Origin: Octopus bimaculoides
Taxonomy: Eukaryota
Assembly (NCBI RefSeq): GCF_001194135.2
Contig: NC_068981.1
Coordinates: 198,887,315 to 198,951,314, forward strand
Length of the DNA: 64,000 nucleotides
Direction: 5' to 3'
Both the position numbers and the translations under genes were made by a program. The notes beneath the pieces are model-generated. The model had not been told where the DNA came from. It did not search any database and saw nothing but the letters and a program-made list of their open reading frames with translations. Shown in pieces: positions 13,912-26,496 of this stretch (position 1 is its first letter; every line of letters starts with the position of its first letter).

Positions 13912-14550
13912 TTATTATTATTATCATTATTATTCAGCAGTCCTATTTTTATCACGTGCTTTCTCTACACTACCGAATGCAGCTCTGTGTGCCTTGGGTA
14001 CATGCTGTGGTTTGTTGTGCTGTTCTTATGTTCACTCTATTGAAAGTGTTTTCCATAGGATGTGTGTGGTGCCTAGTTGTACTCTTCCATAAGTCCTGGT
14101 GTTTTGGTTATGTATTTGTCTGAATATTTTTTTTTATCAGACCTAATGCACCTACTATAATAGGAATTGTTTCTCTTTTTAGACCCCACATTCGAGTTAC
14201 CTCTGTTTCTAGATCTTTGTATTTTGAGACTTCCTCCATTTCTTTTGGAGATACATTGTCATCTGTTGATGTGAAGAAATTTTTTTGCTTCATGATCTCT
14301 GACAACTATATCCAGTCTGTTAGCCTTGATTTCTCTATCTGTGTGTGTTGGCTTATCCCAGAGTATGGTCACTTTGTCATTTTCTGAGACCTTTTCCAGG
14401 ATATGCCTTCACCATATTTTTCTCTTCTCATTCCATAGTGTTGGCCTAATTTACAGTGTGTATAGGTCCCAACCATGTCCTGTCTGTAGATACATTCCTT
14501 CTTAGTCAGGACTGAGCAGCCAGAGACAATATCAGTTATTGTTTCTTCCA
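13912..14550 (-). mobile_element. 5'-truncated R4/Dong-like (RLE-endonuclease) non-LTR retrotransposon ending in a (TAA)n tract
   Basis: EETITDIVSGCSVL (CCHC region) and KYKDLETEVTRMWG...IPIIVGALG motifs; 3'UTR runs into (TAA)n. Confidence 0.8.
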
Positions 14551-14844
14551 CATCACCACATATTCCTTAGTTACTTATTGTATTTTATCATTATTACTAT
14601 AACAACATCCAATAGTCTGGTCCTTTACCTGTTGCATGTGTGCGTGTGTGTGTGTGTGATGGCTGTGAATAAGCGTGTGTATCCTGTGTTTCCTATCTAC
14701 CATAAAAACATGTTTAAACAAAAGGAGAAATATTGCTTGGAAACAGGTGAGTGTTGGTGATAGGAAGAGTGTCTGGTCAGAGAATATATATAAATATATT
14801 CATATATATATATATATATATATATGTGTGTTATAATATATATG

Positions 14845-15387
14845 ATATGAACATTAGGCCTCACGGAGGCAATGACTTGTGACTGAGACCTTTGGAAATA
14901 TGCTGTGTGTGAGAAGACCCGGCAAGCCAAGTGAGACCACAATCCGAGGCCTCTGCCNNNNNNNNNNACCCGGCAAGCCAAGTGAGACCACAATCCGAGG
15001 CCTCTGCCAGGGGTGTAGCCAGCCCACTTATGCGTACCTTTACTTCATTGGACACTAAAACTGCTTGCAAAGACCTGTTGAGGCAAGTGAACTTGAAATC
15101 GAACCAAATTCGACGACTGGCACACATGCCAACCTCTCCTTCATTGGACACTAAACTCGGCTTGCGAAGACCTGTTGGGGCAAATGAAATCCAAATCGTG
15201 ATGGCACGAGCACCGACCGAGTGTGATCATTGCCAGAGCAGCTGTCTGGCTTCCGTGCCAGTGGCACGTGAATAACACCGTTTGAGCATGGTCGTTACCA
15301 GCGTCACCTTATTGGCACTTGTGCTCGAGGCACGTGGAAAAAAACATTCGAGCAAGGTCGTTGCCAGTGCCGCTGGACTGGCTCCTG
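14845..15387 (+). mobile_element. RTE LINE 3' end (ORF end plus 3'UTR with internal tandem repeats)
   Basis: LGLTEAMT...DLWKYAVCEKTRQAK*, then duplicated ~90-bp cttcattggacactaaac units; homologous to 41280-41780 and 57415-57740. Confidence 0.8.
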
Positions 15388-16505
15388 NNNNNNNNNNNNN
15401 NNNNNNNNNNNNNNNNNNNNNNNNNNNNNNNNNNNNNNNNNNNNNNNNNNNNNNNNNNNNNNNNNNNNNNNNNNNNNNNNNNNNNNNCACACACACATAT
15501 ATATATATACACATACAACACACACATATGTATAGGTAGATAGGCACACACATCCCGCCCTACTAGAAACTCTATTTCTCTATTGTCATGTTACAACAAC
15601 ATCTGAATGCATGAATTAGAAAACACTGGAACAAAAATACCAGAAATATTTTTAGTTCAGTAGGAGAAAAAGAAGTGGCAGAGCAGGTGAATGGGTAGCA
15701 GTAGTGGTGGTGGTGGTGGTGCTGAAGGACTCCCAACAAGCAGAGAGTGGGGGCTGTGTTGTTAAAGCTGTGCACTGTACCTTCTGGTGAGGCAGTAAAA
15801 AGTTAGGAGATTTCACATTTGTCAACATGGCTGGGGGTGAGGGAATGGTGGCATGAAGCTTCTGAGAGATAAAAACGATTGTGAAGAAAGAATATGAGGC
15901 AGGTGTCAGATATATTCTTCAAACACTAAACACTATAAGCATGTGTGTGTGTGTGTGTGTGTACGCACATACACACACAGACAGATTTCTATGTTCGAGT
16001 CTATTTATGACAAACAAAAGATTAGCAAGTCTGTTTTTTCTTTTTTGTTAAACTATGGCCATGTTTATTTTTAGAAATAAAAAAAAACAAAAAAACTGAT
16101 TTAACAGTTTTTTTCTTCTAGACTAAATTATCAGATCTGGATAAAAACTTCAGTTATGGATTTAGAACATATCTGCAGAAAATAATTAAGTGAAGAAACA
16201 TCATCCGTAATTAAATTAGAACAGCGTACATTTATTCCACACCTGAGAAAATTTCATTACAGGACTAAAATGCAGCACACATAGTTGAACATTACTTCAC
16301 CATAGCAGTTTTGTGGATAAACCGGTTGTTAGATGTGGTTGGGGTGGGCCCTACATGGTGTGGACAGGGCTGTACAAAGTAAGTGACTAGGAGGGAAACT
16401 CACAACACTTTTGCTCAACAAAACAGAACAAATTTATTGGGGGAAAACTAGTTGTGTTGTGATTGACAGCAGACTGATTTGAACCAGGAAACTGTGATTT
16501 AAGTG

Positions 16506-16880
16506 TAAGCATGGCTGTGTGGTAAGAAGCTTGCTTCCCAACCACAGGGTTCCAGGATCAGACCCATTGTGTGGCACTTTGGGCAAGTGTCTTCTAGTAC
16601 AGCCTCAGGCTAACCAAAGCCATGAGCGGATCTAGTAAACAGAAACTGAAAGAAGCTCATTGTATGTGTGTGTGTATCTCTGTTTGCCCCCACCACTGTT
16701 TGAGAACCAATGTTGGTGTGTTTATGTCCTTGTGACTTGGTGGTTTGGCAAAAAAGATTGATAGAATAAGTACCAGGCTTAAAATAAAAATACAGGGGTC
16801 GATTCATTCAAGTAGAAATTCTTCAAGGCAGTGTGCCCCAGCATGGCCACAATCTAATGATAGAAACAAGTAAAAGATAA
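16506..16880 (+). mobile_element. SINE family A copy
   Basis: Homologous to 17882-18297. Confidence 0.8.
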
Positions 16881-16967
16881 AATATATTTATGTATTTCCC
16901 ACCAAACATAGTTTGTGGAACAAATTCTAGAGAAAGAGAAAGTGAGAAAAGACTTTGTCCAACTTAC

Positions 16968-17050
16968 CAATGGCATGTAAATAATATTGGAATGAATATT
17001 TGGGCTCCTGGCTCGGACACTTACCTGAAACACATTAGAAACATTAACTT
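16968..17050 (-). promoter_or_regulatory. Candidate recursive splice site (AG|GT junction at 17025/17024) with 57-nt cryptic RS-exon 17024-16968
   Basis: Minus strand reads AAGTTAATGTTTCTAATGTGTTTCAG|GTAAGT, followed 57 nt later by TTG|GTAAGT. Confidence 0.55.
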
Positions 17051-17709
17051 CAATACAAAATCAATAAAACATTGATAATATTAATTCATAACAAGACAAT
17101 ACTTTTACATAAGTTTAAAAAAAAACAAAATAGTTTTCTATTTTCAAAGATGGAATATTGATAAAAAGTATAATATTAGTAACAGATGCAGTGTTAATAG
17201 CAAAAATGGAGATATTTATCTCCACTCAAATGTGGATGTTCTGTTAGAACAAACTATACTGTAGCAAATATCACGAGAGAAACTCTCATATTGGCTTTTG
17301 GTGCAAAATGCAGGCTTCTTTATATCACTAGTGGGGAGATGAAATCCCCACTAACCCCAGCGCTGAGACCACCAGATCACATGATTTCGACCTTCCTTGG
17401 TCTTGTCAATGAAGGACACTTGACTACTAGAGACAGCAGTGATTCATCTCCCCACCAATGATATTATGTTCTTTTTTATGTGGCACCCTCACCAGTGTTT
17501 TTTAAATGGCACAACACACACAGGGTCACCAAATTCCTTGCCTCAGCCATGTCTAACAAAACTGTGTCATCTAGAAAAATCTTTAAGTCATATTTTAGGA
17601 CAGCCCATAGCCCACCCGAAGCAGAAGATGTTGACTGAAGTACATTTTTATCTAAATTTTAACTCTTTTGTTATCAACTCATAGTGTTTCACACAAACTT
17701 CTTGTTTTA

Positions 17710-17848
17710 AATTATTTACATTTGATGGATATTTGTCCTCATCTTGTTTGTTGTTAACACGTTTCTGCTGATATACTCTCCAGCCTTCTTCAAGTGTCCT
17801 GGGGAAATTTTGAACCTGGGTTCTCATTCCTAAGGTATTTTTCGATGC

Positions 17849-17879
<31 letters not shown>

Positions 17880-17880
17880 T
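17710..17880 (-). mobile_element. Single degenerate copy of the same Penelope-like repeat
   Basis: Matches the left arm of 41887-42030 and ends in (TTA)n; hammerhead core mutated (UUGAAGA). Confidence 0.75.
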
Positions 17881-17881
17881 C

Positions 17882-18052
17882 GTAAGAGTGGCTGTGTGGT
17901 AAGTAGCTTGCTTACCAACCACATGGTTCCGGGTTCAGTCCCACTGCGTTGCACCTTGGGCAAGTGTCTTCTACTATAGCCTCAGGCCAACCAAAGCCTT
18001 GTGAGTGGATTTGGTAGACGGAAACTGAAAGAAGCCCGTCGTATATATATAT

Positions 18053-18102
<50 letters not shown>

Positions 18103-18297
18103 TTGTTCCCCCAACATCACTTGACAACCGAAGCTGGTGTATTTACGTCCCCGTAACTTAGCGGTTTGGCAAAAGTGACCGATAGAATAAGTACTAGGCT
18201 TACAAAGAATAAGTCCTGGGGTCGATTTGCTTGACTAAAAGCGGTGCTCCAGCATGGCCGCAGTCAAATGACTTAAACAAGTAAAAGAGTAAAAGAG
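17882..18297 (+). mobile_element. tRNA-derived SINE family A, near full length
   Basis: A box TGGCTGTGTGG, B box GGTTCAGTCCC, core ttgggcaagtgtcttctactatagcc, internal (TA)/(TG) tract, tail aagtaaaagagtaaaagag. Confidence 0.85.
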
Positions 18298-19006
18298 GTT
18301 ACTGTCTGGAATTGAACTTGGAATTTAGGGGTTAGTAGCCCACACTCTTAACCACTATGCCATATGACCATGGGACATTTGACAAATATCTGTCAAATAT
18401 AGAACTAAATTAAGATTTCTGAAATACAATCATTAGGAGCAATTTATATTAAAAAAAATTTCAATTTATATTTCTATGTTAAAATTTTAAGTCATATCTC
18501 TGTACTTCATTGTAAAGTAAGTTTTGAAGATGTCATAAACTACCCTATAATTAATACCTTCCTTACAATTAATTTCTCAAAAATGATGGCAAAAACACGA
18601 AACTAGTATCAGATATAAATGATCAGCCAACTTCAATAAGATATCTTATTAAATGTATTTCCAATATATTCTGAGTTAAATTATTTCCTCTCCACATGTT
18701 TTGTAGAGTTTATCTGAAACTTTCTTTCCAATTCTTAACTGATCCAACTGAACATATCTCTTTTTTCTAATAAATACTCTCCTCAACTGCTTATTATTGC
18801 CCTTCATCTTCTAGTTTCATCTATTTGGTCGACTGAAGTCAGAGAATAAGCAACGACTTTAATCAGAAGTTGGCTTATTAGAAAAGACACTTAAAAGATT
18901 TCACTCAGCTAATAAAGTACGAATGACATTTTATAATTTGCAGGATATCGAATAGTCTCAAAAGACAAGGTGAGAAAACATCTAACCTTAATGAAACCAA
19001 GGCAGT

Positions 19007-19041
<35 letters not shown>

Positions 19042-19418
19042 TAGAGAACTTAACTATGTCATCTAATTTCATCATCATCATCATCGATGATGTCATCTAA
19101 TTTACGAGTAAAAAATCAATGGGTTTATAATAAAGCTTTCTGGTTGCTTCTAAACTGCAAAATGGCATTTCAATGAAGCTGAGTTAATTAAGAAAGAGGA
19201 TTTGATGGTAAAATCTAGCAAAGACCAGATATTGCCCGCACAAACCCTTCTTTTGGTTAATATATTTATTCACCAATCATACTTTCTTTTTCTTTCTTAT
19301 TCATCGGCCATTTAAGTGTTGGCAACCACAGCTGAATCAATACCAAGTTGGAGGAAATGAATTAAATGTTAAAGAAGCTTATTCTTACCATTTCTCTGAA
19401 TCATTCGGAGAAAGTGTC

Positions 19419-19518
<100 letters not shown>

Positions 19519-19751
19519 TGTCCATATTAAAGGTTGAAATAAAACAAGATAAAACCACTTCCATCAGTTTCTTCCATCCTTTAATAAAATTTCTCCTTCC
19601 CTCCCTAACAATGGCACATTTTTCTTTTCATCTGTTGCATTACAAAACAATAAAAGGGGTCACAAAGTACAAAGCTATTTCCTTGCAATCATTATACAGC
19701 AATTGAAGAGTATTGTCCTTACATGTATATTTATATGTGTGTATATATGTA

Positions 19752-20971
19752 CTGGGTCATCCCATAAATAATGTAGTTTTTTCATACTTTGTTTGTTTTT
19801 CAAAATTAAGATAAAGTTCTTTTTAAATCTAAAATATACTTTCCTTCAATTTCTACAATGCTTTTCCATCTAGTAGACTTGCAGGACCCCTTGTCTGTGA
19901 CGAAAAATTTACTTGTCCATAAGGAAATTCAAAATTCATTCATCTACAGAATTCATATTTTTTCCATTCAAACGATTTTGAAGACTGCAGAATAAATGAT
20001 AATCAGATGGGGCAATGTCCAACAAATATGGTGGGTAGGGCATTGTTTCCCATTCAAATTGTTCCAGCCTTTGGAATGTCATCCTCGCTATATGTGGCCG
20101 AGCATTATGATGATGGAAGAACACGTTTCCTCTTAAAACCAAAGATGGTTGTTTTTCTTCTGGCACTGACTTAAGCTGCTCACAGTAGATCTCCTTCATT
20201 ACTGTTTGGTTTGGGTTTAAAATTTCAAAGTGGACTAAACCTTTCACAACCCACCAAACAGATAACAGCACCTTACGTGGGTGAAGACCTTCTTTAGCCT
20301 GGGGTGCCAGTGTTTCTCCTTTCCCTACCCATTGTCTTTGGCGCTTGACATTTTTCGTCACAGTAACTATTTGGTCTAAAAACAGGTTCATTCGTGAGCC
20401 GTGGCAGCAAAGAAGAGCACACATTCACTCTCTGCATGCAATTAGACTCAGAAAGTTTGTGAGGAACCCATTGACCCAATTTGCTGACTTTTCTGATGGC
20501 ACGCAGGTGTTGATGAATGGTTGACTGACCAAATCCAAGCTTCTCTGCTAGTTCCTCAACAGTTACAATGGGAATTTTGTTCCACCGGGATTTGCAAGAC
20601 ATCTTTGTTGAGCTCTACAGATCTTCCAGGTCAAGGCTCATCTTCTAGGCAGTAGTTTCCCCGCATGGAATTTTTGGCTTACACTTATTGTCCGATCCCC
20701 ATATACTGTATTAACATTCCTTGCACTCTCTGTTGTGTTGTTGGCTTTATTGAATTCATAAAGCAAAATATGCTCTTTTGTCACTTTCATTATAGCTTTG
20801 AAAAAATAACTGTTAAAATCGAATTGCACTCTTCAAAACTTACACTAAGAATAAGGACAAGATAAAATTATTACCTGCTTTTACAGCAAGTTGATGCAGG
20901 TAATTTATCCTGTCCTCTGACTTTTAGTTCATGCAATTGAAAAAAATGGCATTATTTATGGGATGACCCAA
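19752..20971 (-). mobile_element. Full-length but inactivated mariner (Tc1/mariner, DD34D-type) DNA transposon, about 1.22 kb
   Basis: TIRs CTGGGTCATCCCATAAATAATG / CATTATTTATGGGATGACCCAA; TA on the left flank; transposase split over three frames with WVPHKL, HHHNARPH (from HHDNARPH) and YPPY..DIAPSDY motifs. Confidence 0.93.
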
Positions 20972-21930
20972 GACAAGTGCGTGTTTTACAACCTGCCCTG
21001 AGCTATGGCCACCAATGGTGACATTGTCATTGTTTATGGTTGAGCTGCACAACACATCTGTCACAATAAATTACTAACACTTCTATAGTTTTTCTTAGGT
21101 GACAGCAAGGAAAATGTAGCGAAAGTCACAGCAATTCTACAAACTGTGGCTGGTATGGCTGCATTTTCTAAAATTCCATTTTTGGTGAAGTACCATTGGT
21201 GCTTGAGAGAAAGAAACTTGGGGTTACTTTATCCTTATGTAAATTCATCATCATGAAAGTCATAAACTTACATCCGCCTGTCCATTGGTCATTCAATCAC
21301 CTTTTGAAAGTAATCCTGCATCTGTTACTATTATTTTTGCTTTTAATAAGCTTGCTGACTATCTGCTGCATCAGTGCCCCAACAAATACTGAAATTCTAT
21401 ACATGGTTGACAGTGAGATTTGGCTGTTATGTCAATACCAGACATTTTCTACTGAAGAGACCAGGCAGGATGAAATCATGTCATGGTAGCTGTAGCAGAT
21501 GATTCTCATCTGTTAAAAATATATGAGTACATTTATGCACTCAAGACCATATACTGGGTGTAATATATATGATTACTCATTGTTTAAACATAATAAGTTG
21601 TGCACTTCACTTGAGAAAAGGGTAGGCAATTTAAATTGTAAATATATGTAAAATGTTGTTAATAAATATAACAGCCAACCTGTAAACTTTCATCAATCAA
21701 AACCTAAAGCTTTTTATTTTCGACATTACTACTATGTTATAATATTTCTGTGTTTTGAGGACCAATTCCAAAAGGAAATTATTTCACAAGTTCTCAAAAG
21801 TTTAGTAATTCTTTTGACATCAACAATAAATGAATGCATGCATATCAAAGGGCAGAAGAGCTCATGAGCTGTCAACAGCTATCCAACAACATGTGTACAT
21901 GTGTATGTATGCCCGGAGACATGGAAATAC

Positions 21931-22160
21931 CTAGGTTGGTATCCAGGCACACAGCTGTCCCCTCTGTTGCTGTCACAGCATCTCTCTAGGAGAGGGAAAC
22001 TCTGAGAGAAAACCTGCAACACTGACAATATTCGATGAAGCAGACTAGTTCTTCTTTTTGAGTTTATGTTGTCCATGTTCAGAGAATGGGATTGGATTTG
22101 TGCAAATCCTTTCTCCACCATAAAAAAATCATCATGCACAGGCATCGAAAAAAGTAAGAC
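21931..22160 (-). CDS. Putative 230-nt internal exon (VLLFSMPVHDDFF...LLHRILSVLQVFSQSFPLLERCCDSNRGDSCVPGYQP, phase 0->2)
   Basis: Acceptor aattttgtgacAG with an in-frame TGA immediately upstream; 76 open non-repetitive codons (ORF track 21879..22145); probable donor AG|GTATTT (3' end less certain). Confidence 0.6.
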
Positions 22161-22431
22161 CTGTCACAAAATTGGCCGGTCATAGCCTTTGCGTGTGTGG
22201 GACTTTCAATCGGGTGATAGCAGTACTTGAACATGAATTTGCAACCATCATATCTCATCATTATCATCACTTAATGGCTGCTTTCCATGCTGGCATGGGT
22301 TGGACGGTTTGAATGAGGAATGGCAAGCCAGTAGGCTGCACCAAGCTTCAATCTAATCTGGCAGCTGGATACCCTTCCTAACGCCAATAAATAAATAAAT
22401 TTGTGTGTGTGTGTGTGTGTGTTAGTTACAT

Positions 22432-22475
<44 letters not shown>

Positions 22476-22510
22476 GTTACTTATATCCTTATATATACTA
22501 AGAAGAGGAA

Positions 22511-22584
22511 ATAGGTGTTCACAGACACCATATGTGGAGGTGCATTGATAGGTGTTCACAGACACCATATGTGGAGGTGCATTG
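22511..22584 (+). repeat. 37-bp exact tandem duplication at a SINE 5' boundary
   Basis: ataggtgttcacagacaccatatgtggaggtgcattg x2. Confidence 0.9.
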
Positions 22585-23339
22585 CTTAGTGGTTCGGGTG
22601 TTGCCCTCATTACTGTAAGACTGTAGTTTTGGTTGCTGGACTGGATGATGTGTTGTGTTCTTGAGTAAAACTCTTCATTTAATAATGGTGAAGTTATTTT
22701 ATTAATTTCTTCATTTTTTCAAAACTGAAGGCAGTGTTTTCCTTTAGGAATATGGTAATGCAAAGGTTGAGGTAGATTCCCGTAGTTAGAGCTATGACAG
22801 CTTAAAACAACCAATGAAACCAGATCGAGTTGAACAGAGGATATGGATGACAGCCTCTCATTCCTACATTCAATATATATTTTATCATCACAAACCAGAC
22901 AAATGATCTATATAAGGACTCAATGAAAATAGAAAGCTTTAATTAGGTTCTGATGTTTTCAATCACGAAAAGACATCCATCTGGGGACATGCCCAGCAGC
23001 ATAGCCCAGGATATTATCAACGGCCAACTTAGTAAAGAGATTACAACAGAAATTATAGCCAGCACTGGAGTTTTTGCTAGAAAACATTTTATATCGAGAC
23101 GTCAGATGTAATCAAGCAATGAGACTGGAGACGAGTGTATATATGCCATATTTCATTGAGGGTTCTTGCCCCTTCATCAGCATCCATCTAACCCACTCTC
23201 GCTTCCAAACATATTGCTTATAGAGCCACCGCATACACCAATGTTAAGTGATTGGATATACCGATTTACCTATTAAACACATTCCTGGGGCTGGTATGTA
23301 AATATCAATGAATTGTAGGCACATGGTGGTATTACGTTT

Positions 23340-23597
23340 TGCAACCATAATATTATACTATAAAGTATATTAAATGTTTTTTTATGAGTCAACACCACAT
23401 TCTACTGTGTTAGCAGTGCTCTTTACATTATTTTGTCAAGGTTATTTCTGTAGCAAAAAAAAAAAAAAAAATCAATGCTGGCTACAATATCTGTAGAAAT
23501 AACCGTAACAAAATAATGTAAAGAGCACTGCTAACACAGTAGAACATGGTGTTGGACTATAAAAACAGAATATACTCTATAGTATATTATGGTTGCA
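23340..23597. repeat. Imperfect foldback (MITE-like), arms of about 105 bp
   Basis: A 37-bp perfect core (23400-23436 vs 23508-23544) plus outer TGCAACCATAAT / ATTATGGTTGCA. Confidence 0.85.
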
Positions 23598-23892
23598 TAA
23601 TGAAATGCCACGTAACTACAGGTCATTAATCAGTAAGGGGAAGTTAACATTGGACAAGCTGCATAACATAAAGGACTGGAATGTGTGTGTGTGTGTGTGT
23701 GTGTGTGCTGAAGGTTGTATTAAAGCCGGCACTCTTCCCCCACCCCTGCCCCCTTACAAAAACATCAAATAATATGACACTAAAAATAGACTGCCAAGTG
23801 CAACAGTCAGCATATGTGCAATATATGCACCATAAGTCATTAATAGAACTGCAGTTGCAACATGCAATCTGCTACATTATCACCTGCAATTG

Positions 23893-24292
23893 ATTGCTGT
23901 TTAGCCCTAGGATGACCCTTACTTACAATCAGACATTCCAGCCATGACCACACGATCTCATAAATACTGTGTCCAAGATAACACAATCCAATGTGCCTTC
24001 CTTTTTAAGACTGGAGGCTAAGATTTGAGTGAGATTCCACAGTTATTTCCAGCATGGTGAGTAATCATGTGCAAGTGATATTTGGATTCTCTCACTGCAA
24101 TATTATCAACAAAAAACACAGCTCCTATGTGGTTGAGTAACTAGCAAGAAATAACAGCTAAGTCTCCTTCAAGTCACATCCTACTATATTGTGAAAAAAA
24201 AAAGGACACATAGAATAATGTAATCCTAGAGCAGGGATTGTCATGGCTGGAATGTGTCTGATGACAGAGCTAAGCTTGGCTTAAGAAATATG
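23893..24292. mobile_element. MITE-like element with subterminal inverted repeats
   Basis: cagacattccagccatgac (~23931) vs gtcatggctggaatgtgtctg (~24240); a related internal piece at about 61600-61640. Confidence 0.5.
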
Positions 24293-24574
24293 AACAGAAG
24301 TTAGAATCGACAGCACAGGTCTTGTCAGTAAATGAATGGAGGTTGTCATCTATGTTATCAGGACCAAAATAGTTGGAGCAGTCTCTTGAGTCATGGGTCT
24401 GCTAATAAGTCACATGGTTATGTGTCTACACTGTTAAAGCTGAAGATTAACAAAACCCACAGACCTAATTTCCTGAGAATTAGTATAAAAAAAACACTGT
24501 GTTGCTCATTAAGATAAGTTCTGAAACATGGAAGGTAGAGAGCTCATCTTCAAAAAACCTCACGTATCATTCAC

Positions 24575-24607
<33 letters not shown>

Positions 24608-25090
24608 TTGATGTCTATTTCCTACGGTGGTATGGGTCAGACAGTTTGACAAGAGCTGGTAAGGCTGGGGCCTCACCAGGCTTATCTGTTCTGGCAGGGT
24701 TTCTACAGCTAGAAACCCTTCTTAATGCCAACCACTTTACAGAGTGTGCTGGGTGCTTTTTACATGGAACCACTATTGGTGATAATTGGTGGAGAGGTCT
24801 TCTTGAGAACAAGCAAGGCTTCAGACATCTTGGTCCTTTGTCATCTCCTTTGTAAGGCTCAATGCCTTGAGATCAGTCTTCAATACTTTATTCCATGTCT
24901 TTTGGGGTCTCCCACTTCCATAAGTGATCAGTACAGCTGTATACAACTGTCTCCATCCCTCCGCATCCCATGACCAAACCAGTGTTGTCTCCTCCCTTGC
25001 ACACTACATCTGTTTCCTCTGATGCCTAACTCCTCTCTCAATACACCAGCGCTCTGTCACACATGTACACTAACAATGCCCACACGCATA
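24575..25090 (-). mobile_element. RTE LINE 3' fragment
   Basis: (CAT)n tail, family 3'UTR, and decayed ORF end homologous to 63780-63950. Confidence 0.7.
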
Positions 25091-26446
25091 TACTAAAAGT
25101 TTGCATCTGCTTAAAAACCAGTGTTGTTTATATTGCGTTCCTTTGTGTGTCATAACATCAACGTGGCTGACAGAGGTTAATAAAACAAGTAGCAGATTGA
25201 CAAAAATTACTGGAGTCAATACAATTAATTAGAACCACTCCGTCTGCTAGAAATGTGTTATATTTCCAGTGACGATATATGAGGTGTGTATAACAATATA
25301 TCAGAGTATCAAATATAACCATATAACAATAAGTAATGTAACAAGCGTTGGTTATCTTATAATCGTTTGCACAGTAACACTCCAACACAGAATCAATAAT
25401 GAGACTAACGCTCTCACAGTTTAACCTCAACTGTCTGCTGGCTCATTCTATTTATAAGACTTGTCCAGTCCACTGACAGTCACGTGCAGGAATGTCAGTT
25501 CAGTCCACCACAAAATGGAAGTCAAATTACACACATTTCTCTATTAGATGATATTGTCTTAGATGTACATCCATATAGGATGTTCTTGGTTGGAATATTT
25601 ATGATGATAGGTCTGCCTGGTAAAGGTTGACCATGGGCTAAATAATGCCAACGACTTCAACAAATCTTCATGAAGTCTAATGTTTAATCTTGAGCTGCAA
25701 TAGTCAGAGGAAAATTTATTTACACATGGTTTCTGTAAGTGTTTTCATTAAAAATGAAGAAGAACCAACAAAATTAATGATTACTACAATTATATCTGAA
25801 AACATCGCACATTCTTTTACTTGTCGAAAATGTTTCTTTTGGAAACTTGGCTTTTAATAAGAATTCTCTTTTGAGCAAGTCTTAATATGTCGCAATTTAT
25901 ATAGATTGTTGATGTTGCATTTGGTTAAGAATGGACTTGTATAAACATGAAGTTTATCAAGAAGTTTCAGGAACATTAATACCATTAGACAAGAAACAAG
26001 CTAGAGTCAGTGGAATAATGTGAAGTATTGTCGACTCCACTTTATATAAATGAGTTTGTTGGAGTTAAAGGTAGGTTACATTCCTTTTTGATTCTAACTC
26101 ACCCAAGACCTCTGCTTCTCTGAAACAAACTTCCAAACGACTAAGTTATTTGACAAAATTCTTTATTATTTTTTGAAAACTAATTTAAACTAAGATAGTA
26201 TATTCAACAGAAATGTGGCAACAAAATGGTTAAGGAAGGTGGATGGACCGATTCCCCTGGGCAGCCAAAAGCCATGTTACACAACTAACTAATGAGGATG
26301 GATGGAATAAAAGAAAGCAGCATCAAAGACTGAATGAAATCTTTACGGAATTTCGATTGAAACATCAAGAAAATATGGAGAAAACTTGATTGCAATCATG
26401 ACAGTTTTATGTAAAAGAAAGAAAATTATGCATCAGAGTATGGTGC

Positions 26447-26496
<50 letters not shown>

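Noticed and set aside
14927-15008. Exact 41-bp direct repeat accc...ctctgcc
   Set aside because: The copies flank a 10-N gap, so this is a typical contig-overlap artefact.
18298-18365. tRNA-like A/B boxes on the minus strand
   Set aside because: It does not fold into a cloverleaf by eye; it is a SINE head rather than a tRNA gene.
23150-23190. CUGAUGA...GAAA hammerhead-like motif on the minus strand
   Set aside because: Four extra nucleotides lie between stem II and GAAA, and stems I and III are not convincing.
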